Part shown: one piece after another, positions 50,690-59,417 of the stretch
Layout of the letters: every line of letters begins with the position of its first letter
Numbering within the stretch: position 1 is the stretch's first letter
NCBI GenBank assembly: GCA_013239625.1
Contig: MU053911.1
Span: forward strand, 1-59,417
Length of the DNA: 59,417 nucleotides
Reading direction: 5' to 3'
Source of the DNA: Lama guanicoe
Taxonomy: Eukaryota
Translations under genes and position numbers: made by a program
Notes under the pieces: model-generated
Database searches by the model: none
The model's input: only the letters and a program-made list of their open reading frames with translations
Told to the model about the DNA's origin: nothing

Positions 50690-53600
50690 CCCAATTTTTT
50701 ATTGTAAAATAAACATAAAACATACTATCTTAAACATTTTTAAGTGTATAGTTCAGTGATATTAAGTACATTCATATTGTATAACCATTACTGCCTTCCA
50801 TTTTAGAACTCTTTATCTTGCAGAAGTGAAACTATGTATTAAATAATAAGTCCCTATGACCCCCACTTTCTGGCCCTGGTAACCACCATTCTACTGTGTT
50901 ACTATGAGGTTTTGTTTGTTTTGAGTCCACATATAAGTGGGATCCTGCAATATTTGTCTTTCTGTGTCTTGTTTACCCCGCTTCCCATAATGTCTTATGG
51001 ATTCATCAGTGTTGTCACAAATGGCAGGATTTCCTTCTTGTTTATGGCTGAATAATACTCCCTTTTGTATATAAATCAGTTTATCCATGCATCTGTTGGT
51101 GGAGACTTAGGTTGTTTCCATATCTTGGCTATTGTGAATAATTCTGCAAAGAACATGGGAGTGCAGATATCTTTCTGAGATACTGATTTTATTTCCTTTG
51201 GGTATATGATCTAGCAATCCTAAGTGGGATTGCTAGATCATATGGTACTTCTACTTTTAATTTTCAAGGAACCTACATACTATTTTCCATAGTGGCTGTT
51301 GCAATTTCTTTTCCCACCAGCAGCGCTTGAGGGTTCCCTCTTTCTGCATTCTCATCAACGCTTGTTTTCTCTTTTTGATAATAGCCATTGTCACAGGTGT
51401 GAGGTGACAGTTCTTGTGGTTTTGATGTGCATTTCCCTGATGATTTGTGATGTTGAGAGCCTCTTCATGTGCCTGTTGGACATTTTCATGTCTATTGATT
51501 TTTCTATTTCTTTGCCCATTTTAAAATCAGATTATTTGGGGTTTTTTGCTACTGAGTTGTATGAGTTGCTTATATATTTTAGATATTAACCCCTAGTGAT
51601 ATATATGGTTTGTAAATATTTTCTACCATTACATAGATGCCTTTTCATTTTGTTGATTGTTTCCTTTGCTGTGTGGTAACTTTTTAGGTTGATTAGTCCC
51701 ATTTGTTTATTTTTGCTTTTGTTAAGCCTAAGCTTTTGGTGTTATGTTCAAGAAATAACTACCAAGTCTAGTTTCCTGAAGCTTTCCCCCTGTGTTTTCT
51801 TCAGGAGTTTGATAGGTTTAGATCTTTTGTTTAGGTCATGGACCCATTCCAAGTTTATTTCTGTATGCGGTGTAAGGGAGGGGTCAAACTTTATTCTTTT
51901 ACATGTGGACATTAGTTCTCCCAGCGCTACGTGTTGGAGAGGTTTTCCTTCACTCATCGGCACTCCTGTGGGAAGTCACTTTGCTGTGTGTGCAAGGGTT
52001 TATTCCTGGGCTTCAGTTCTGTTCCACTAGTTTATGTGTGTGAAATAATTTTTTAATTTTTATTTTAAAAATTTTAGATATAATTGACATGTAACACTGC
52101 ATTAGTGTTAGGTGTACGTGTGTAATCTGTCTTTCTGCCAGTGCAGCACTGTCCTAATTACTGTTGCTGTAGTGTATTTTGAAATCAGGAAGTTTGAGAC
52201 CTACAACTTTGTTTCGTTTTTTCAAGATTATTTTGGCTATTCAGGGGTCCCTTGAGATTCCATGTGAATTTTAGTATTTTTTCTTTTTCTGCAGAAAAAA
52301 AATGCCATTGAGCTTTTGATAGAAACTGCACTGAATCTGTACATTGTTTTGGATAATGTGGGCATTTTAATTGTGTTAAGTCTTCCAATCCATGACCATG
52401 GGATGTCTTTCCATCTATTTGTATCTTCTTTGATTTCTTTTAGTGATGTTTTAATAGTTTCCTGTGTTAAAATCTTTCATCTCCTTGGTTAATTTTATTC
52501 CTGGGTATTTTAATCTTTTTTTGATGCTTTAGTAAATGGGATCATTTTCTTAATTCTCTTTTTTGATTGGTCATTGTTAACATATAGAAATGCAACGGAT
52601 TTTTAGTGTTAATTTTTTTATCCTGCAACTTCGCTGGATTTATTAGTTCTAACATTTTTGTCTTTGGAATCTTTAGGATTTTCTATATATAAGATCATGG
52701 TGTTTGCAAGCAGATACTTACTTTACTTCTTTTCCTATTTGTATGCCTTTTATGATTGTTTTCTTTTCTAATTGCTCTGTCTAGAACATTCAGAACTATG
52801 TTGAACAGTGGTGGCAAGAGTGAGCAGCCTTGGCTTGTTCTTGATCTTAGAGGAGAAGCTCTCAGTCTTTCCTCCTTGAAATGATGTCTGTTGGCAAGTT
52901 CATAGGATTTTTATGTTGAGTTAGTTTCCTTCTATTACTAGGTTATTGAGTGTTGTTATCATGAAAGAGTATTACATTTTGTCAGATGCTTTTCATGCAT
53001 CTCTTGAGATGATCATATTTTTGTGCATTTTGTTTATGTGGTATAATACATGGTTATGTATCATTACAGATGGTGAGCCATCATTATGTTCCAGGTATCA
53101 GTCCTACTTGATTATACTGTATGATCCTTTTAATATGCCTTTGAATTTTATTTACTACTATTTTGTTTAGGATTTTTGCAGCAACATTAATCAGGGATGT
53201 TGGTCTGTAGCTTCCTCTTGTGTCCTTATCTGTTTTTGGTATCAGGGCCTCATACCCATCAGGTAGTGTCAGAAAAGGCTGGGTGTTCTGTCTTTGATTC
53301 TTTGGAAGAGTTTGAGAAGGATTGATGTTAATTCTTTAATGTTTGATAAAATTCTCCAACAAAGTCACCTGGTTCTGGGTCTGTGGTGGTGGTGGTTTTT
53401 GCCTATTGCTTCAGTCTCCTCACTAGTTATATATGTCTTTTCAGATTGTTTTTACTTTTTCACGATTCAGTCTTGGTAGGTTCTGTTTTTCTAGGAATTT
53501 TTCCATTTCTTCTAAGTTATCCAATATTTTGTCTTATAATTGTTCAGAGTCTGTTATGATTTGGTCTTTCAGTGGACATCATGTCTCCTCTTTCATTTCT

Positions 53601-56600
53601 AATTTTAGTTATTTGCTGTCTCTTTTTTTCTTAATTTAGCCAAGGACTTGTCACTTTTGTTAATCTTTTAAAAAAAAGCTCTTGGTTTCACTGATTTTTT
53701 TTTCTATTTCTGTTTCACTTAACTCTAACATTTATTATTTTCTTTCATCTGTACATTTTAGGTTCAGTTTGTTCTGTTGTTCCTTTAGGTGTAAGTTTAG
53801 GTTGTTGTTTTGAAATCTTTTTTTTTTAATATAAACATTTACCCCTATAAATTTCGTCTTGGCACAGCCTTTGCTGAATCTTGTAAGTTTTGGTATTTTG
53901 TATTTCATTTTCATCTGTCTCCAGATATTTTGTAAATTTGTGATTTTTTTCTTCAACCATGAATTAGGAGCATGTTTAATTTTCACATATTTGTGGATGT
54001 TCTTATTTCTTTCTGGTATTGATTTCTAGTTTTACTTCCTTGTGGTCAAGAAGATATTTTGTATAATTTTCATTTCTTAATTTTGTTAATACTTGTTCTG
54101 TGTTAGAATGTGTCTATGTTAGGCATGTGGTCTGTCTTGGAGAATGTTCCATGTGTGGTTGAGAAGAACATGTATTTTTCTACTGTTGGGTGAAGTGTTC
54201 TATATATGTTTGTTATGTGTATTTAGTTTATAATATTGTTTAAGTCCTGTGTTTTCTTATTGGTATTCTGTGTATTCTATCCATAGCTGAAAGTGGGGTA
54301 TTGATCTACTATTTTGTTGATTTTTGTTTCTCCCTTCAGTTTCTTTTTAGTGTTTGCTTCATATATTTGGATGCTCTAATGTTAGGTCCACATATATTTA
54401 TAATTGTTAAATCTTCCTGTTGAATTGACTCTTTTATCATTATATAATATTATTTGTCTTTTTTGACAGTCTTTTTTACCTTAAGCTGTACTTCATCTGA
54501 TGTAAGAAAGGCTATTCTTGCTGTCTTTAGGTTCCTGTTGCATGGAATATCTTCTTCCAACCTTTTACTTTTAGCCTGAGTGAGTCCTGAGATCTAAAGT
54601 GTCTTCTAGACAGCATATTGTTGGACCTTTTTTAAAAAATTAGTTTAACTAATCTCTGCCCTTTAATTGGTACATTTCATTCATTTACATTTAATATAAT
54701 AACTAATAGGGAAAGATTTATTATTGCTGTTTTAATTGTTTTTTGCCTATCTGGTGGCTGTTTTGTTCTTCTTTTCTCTCTTGCTCTCTTCCTTTGTGTT
54801 TTGTTGATTTGTATAATCACATATCTTGATCCCTTTCTCATTTACCTCTGTGTGTATTCTATAGCTGTTTCTTTGGTGGTTACCACTGCAATTACATGAA
54901 ACTTCTTATAGTTGTAACAACCTATTTTAAACCAATTACAACTTCAGTTGCAAATAAGAAGTGCTGTTTTACATCCTTGCCTCCTCCTACTGTATTACTG
55001 GTGGTGGTTGTATACTGAATCTCCATTAACACAAATTACAATTTTTTTGCTTTTTAATAAAAATTCTGTATCAGATTCATAAGTGATTTACTCACCTTCT
55101 TTACTATACTCCAGGATTCTGTATTTGTTGACATGTTTACCGTTACCAGGGAAGTCTATATTTTCATATGATTTTGTATTGATGTTTATTCTCCCTTCTT
55201 TTCAATTTGTAGGACTCTCTTCAGCATTTCTTGTAAAGAATGTCTAGTGGTGATGGACTCTCTCAGCAGTATTTTATCTGAAAGAGTTTTGATTTCTCCC
55301 TTATTTTTGAAGGACAGTATCACTAGATAGGGTATTCATGGCTGTTTTTTCTTTGAATATGTCATCTCTTTCCTTTCTTGTCTGAAAGCTTTATGGTTAG
55401 AAATCTGTGATGATCTGTTAGGAACTTCCTTATCTGTAAAGAGTCATTTTTCTCTTGCTGTTTTCATGATTCTCTATGTGTCTGTGACTTTTGACAGTTT
55501 GATTGTGATATATCTTGGTGTAGATTTCTCTAGATATCTTTCTGTCTGGAGTTCCTTAAGTTACTTGAATTTGTACATCCATTTCTCACATCAGACTTGG
55601 GAGATTTTCAGTCACTCTTTTTTCGAGTAAATTCTCTGTCTCTTTCTTTCTTCTTGGATGCCCATAATATCTGTCTTGTTCTGCTTCGTGATATCTCATA
55701 AGGACCTTAGGTTCTCTTCATTTTTCTTCATTCTTTTTTTCTTTTTCCTCTTCTTCCTCAGTAATTTTGAAGGTCTTGTCTTTTGAGTTTACTAGTTCTT
55801 TCTTCTACCTGGTCAAGTCTTCTCATTAGTCCCTATAACAAATTTTTAAATTCAGTTATTGTAGTCTTTAGTTCCAGAATTCCTGTTTGGTTTTATTCAT
55901 ACTGTTTTTGTTGTTGTTGTTGTTGTTGTTGTTGATGTTCTCATGTTGTTCACGGATCATTTTCCTGCTTTTATTTAGTTGTCTATCTGAACTCTTTTAA
56001 CTCATTATTCTTTTTAACATTTTTTAATTTTTTAAAATCAGTAGTTAACTCTTTTTTTTATTGAATTGTGACATCTTCTTAGGATGAGGATTTTGAAATT
56101 TTTGGCAATTCACATATGTTTCTTTAAGATTTGTTTCTGGACACTTAACTTGTTTGTTTGGGTGTATTATGGTTCCCTTTTTCTCTGTATGTCTTGTTAT
56201 TTTTTGTTGTTGGGATTTTGGCATCTGAAGAATCAGCCAATTCACCCAGACTTTGTGGTTTGATTTACTGCAGGGAGAGCTTTCCTCACTTAGCCTGCTT
56301 AGATGCTGGAGCCCTCTCAAACCTTTTCTATGTAGGCATTCCCTCTTGGTTTGTGCATATAATCTGTTAGAAGAGGCTTGTAGATTTCAGTTCAGGCTTG
56401 CTCCCTGCTGTCTCTGGTAACTGCAGCCTCTCTTGTGCTGTTGTAAGTCACAGTACTGGAACTCTACCCAGTGTCTGTCTTAGGTACTGTAGATTCTGGT
56501 GCATGGTGGATGGTCTTTGTTATCAGAGGGCCTCAACCTGCCATCCTGTTCCTATCAGTACTTGGATAGAGGAAAGAAACTGGTCTCTTTTGCAGCTCCC

Positions 56601-56880
56601 CTAGTATCAGAATATTGGAACGTGTGTTCTACTCTTTTTCATCCCCAAGGGGAAGGTAGAAAGTGTGGGAGTAGGGTGGGGCTTTCCCAAAGTAAAGTGA
56701 AAAGTGTCAAAAATTTTCCTACTGGGCTTTGATATGGTTGGCTTTGTCCTCACTTGGGGGTGCAACAACCTTTTAACTGGTTTCTGATTTCTCACAGAAG
56801 CATTTGGTTGGTTTCATGTTAAATCCCTGTCTTTATGGGGGAAGGAGGATCTTGGTGTCCTATTTGTCTTCTTGCTGATG
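50690..56880 (-). mobile_element. Long (~6 kb) degenerate L1, antisense in a CCDC7 intron
   Basis: Ordered L1 segments from the 3' UTR (50700-51100) through ORF2-like peptides (STCKRIKFDPSLTPHTEINLEWVHDLN 51748-51963; EKILKFTWNLK 52185-52388; NNLNLHLKE 53735-53986) to ORF1/5'-like sequence. Confidence 0.8.
55907..55933. repeat. (TTG)n microsatellite
   Basis: About nine TTG units are visible. Confidence 0.9.
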
Positions 56881-58828
56881 GAGCCTTGCTTCTTTTTAAG
56901 AGAAATGGTAATGGAAACCAAGATCTGATAGTTACCTGTACCCAATGATCCTGGAGTGTCTTTGCTTCTATGCCTGTTCAGCAGACAGAACTAGGAAATG
57001 TCTGCAACTATGCGTACATGCACATGTTTCATACACACATATTCCTAGCTATGTATGAAGTGTGCATATACTTGTATATACACATAAATAGACATATCTA
57101 GAAGTGTGGAGTTCTCACAGACACCTTCGGCTCTATTCCCTCCGCTCAGGGCTTGTCTTGCCTTCCTCCATTTCATATTTGTATGTCTTTTCTTCCACAG
57201 TGAAAATCCTACTCTGAACAGCAGCACATTTATTCATTTGCTCAGTTCTATAGTACTTCTGACATTAAGAATCTTCTCCCCCATACCACTGCAAAACCAG
57301 ACCTGCCAGAAATAGCTCCTGATTTGTTTGCAGCTCATCCCCCACTAGCACCCTTGTCCAAGACTGAGCATAAGGTGAATGTTAAATTCTGTATTCATGA
57401 ATTAGTTGGATTAGTTCTTTTTTCTTTATTAGTTTCATCTTTTTAAGTTTTTTTTTTAGTTTTAGTTCCCACTTTCTATCCTTGTTGACTTTATTTCAGG
57501 ATTATGTAGAACATTAACCTACTTTCATAAGTAGGTTAATTTTTTTCATGAAAAATGATGTAAAAAGGAATGCTTAGAAGTACGGTTCTTCCCTGTACTC
57601 CTTTCCCTTGCATTCCTCAGCTCTTTCCTCTCCTCTTGTAGGTGACCAACTTTGTTTTTGGTTTATCTTTCATATATTTCTCTTTTAAAATATAAATATT
57701 TTTCTGTCTCTCTATATATTTGTTTTATTTCTCCTTCTTCCTTACATAGGGGATAGCATATCAAATGTTCTTTTTTTTTTCCCACTAACTCCTACGAATT
57801 ACTCCGTATCAGGTTTTAGAGATCTTTCTCATTCTTTTTACAATTGAATGATCAGCTCTTTGTGTCAGAGTACATACCATAGCTTATACTGTGGAGTTTA
57901 TAATATGCCATAGTTTTTAGTATATATATCATAGTTTATTCAGTTAACCTGTGTGAACATTTAGGCATTTTTTAATATTTTGCAATTGGAAATAATGCTT
58001 CAATGAGTAATCTTGGGTATATGTATGTTAATGTTTTTGGGAGTATATGTTCCAGGTAAATTTCTGTAATTGGGATTGCTGTGTCGTAAGGTAAAAAATG
58101 CATGTGAATTTTGTTAGATTTTGGGAAACTTCTCTGCATTGAGGAATTGTTCCAAATTATACCAATTTCCCCACAACTTCTTCAAATGAGTGAATATCTC
58201 CTTTTGAAATTTTGCTAGTAGATTGGTTGTAGTTTTAAATTTCATTTTTACAATTGAACATTTTTTTCATATACTTAAGGGGTATTTTTATTTTTTGTGA
58301 ATTGTTGACCAGTTTTGTATAGGGTTTTCATCTTTTTTTTTCTAAATAAGTTTCTGAAAGTTCTTTGTATATGGGTTATTGACCTGTATCTATGATATAT
58401 GTTGTCATTTATCTTAATTTTGTTTGTGATAATTTGGGTCATGCCAAGGTCATTGTCATCCTCCTCTTTTTTTTCTCCTTTTCTTTCCTAGTTCATATTT
58501 TTATATTTAGATGTCTGATGCATGCAGAGTTTCTTCTTGCTTATCATTTAAAAAATGGATCTAATCTTCTCTTTCCAAATGGCCTTTCAGTTCCCATACT
58601 GTTTCTTTCAAAGACTGCTTTTCCCCGGTGATTCTGTCATTATTGTATGCTAGAACTGTAACACCTTTGTGTCTTACTAGACCTTCTTTTCTACTCTATT
58701 GGGCGGTCTCTCTATTCATATCCCATGTTGTTTTAATTTATTATAATTGAAAGTAATTATAATGCTTTGCTGTCTTCAGGACTAACTCATCTTTCCTCAC
58801 AGTTTTTGCTTTTCAGTGTTTTCTTAGC

Positions 58829-59288
58829 TATAGTGGATTGATTTTTTTGGACCCCAAAAATATGTGTCTTAAGTTCTAATCTCCGTTACCTGTGAGTGTA
58901 AGCTTATTTGGAAATAAAGGAGTCTTTGATACATAATTAAGTTAAAGCTCTTGAGATGAGATCATCTTGGATTACCCAAGTGGGTCTTAAATCCCATGAC
59001 AAGTATCCTTATAAAAGATAGAAGAGGAGACGTCTCAGTGGGCAAGATCACGTGAAGACAGAGGCAGAGACTGGAGTTACGTATCTAATAGCCAAGGGAT
59101 GCTTAGAAACACCGCAAGCTGGGAAGAGGCAAGGAACAGAATTTCCCCTAGAGCCTCTAAAGAGAATGGAGCTCTACCAGCACCTTGATTTTGGAGTTCT
59201 GACCTCCAGAACTGTGAGAGAATGAATTTCTGTTTTAAACTGCCAAGTTTGCAGTAATTTGTTGTAGCAACCCTTGGAAACTAATATA
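58829..59288 (+). mobile_element. MLT1C/D-type MaLR solo LTR
   Basis: cttgagatgagatcatcttggattaccc...gacctccagaactgtgagagaatgaatttctgttt...tttgttgtagcaacccttggaaactaatata; near-TSD ttagc/ttaac. Confidence 0.8.
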
Positions 59289-59294
59289 TTAACT

Positions 59295-59417
59295 GTTTTT
59301 TTTTTTTTTGCATTTCTTTTTTTTTTTACATTTTTTATTGATTCATAATCATTTTACAGTGTTGTGTCAAATTCCAGTGTTCAGCACAATTTTTCAGTCA
59401 TTCATGGACTCATGGAC
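59295..59417 (-). mobile_element. 3' end and poly(A) tail of a young L1 (camelid-like), running off the window
   Basis: T-runs followed by acattttttattgattcataatcattttacagtgttgtgtcaaattccagtgttcagcacaatttttcagtc. Confidence 0.65.

Overview
Mammalian genomic DNA, most likely camelid (alpaca, llama or camel). That call rests on two tRNA-Ala-derived SINEs and a terminal L1 3' end resembling camelid families as I recall them. The first ~11 kb is GC-rich, with a CpG island (~1.35-1.95 kb) and some enhancer-like blocks but no recognisable coding exon. From ~11.5 kb on, the window is mostly L1, L2, MIR, MaLR and ERV relics. Among them are a full-length, frameshifted AKT2 processed pseudogene (17723-21006, 9-bp TSD, inside an L1), a SUMO2 processed pseudogene on the minus strand (34243-35251, 13-bp TSD) and a tailless 5S rRNA fragment with a 14-bp TSD (~37950). 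A second CpG island (~39.85-40.9 kb) is the probable promoter of CCDC7, whose first three coding exons are at 42417-42695, 43710-43802 and 49801-49884; the gene continues past the window. I found no new protein-coding or RNA system. The most unusual signal is a strong A/T-to-G/C substitution bias across the AKT2 retrocopy and its upstream SINE/L1 flank. This is the opposite of normal pseudogene decay and suggests GC-biased gene conversion and/or an unmethylated retrocopy-derived CpG island. All homology calls come from recalled sequences, not database searches, and repeat boundaries are approximate unless a TSD is given.
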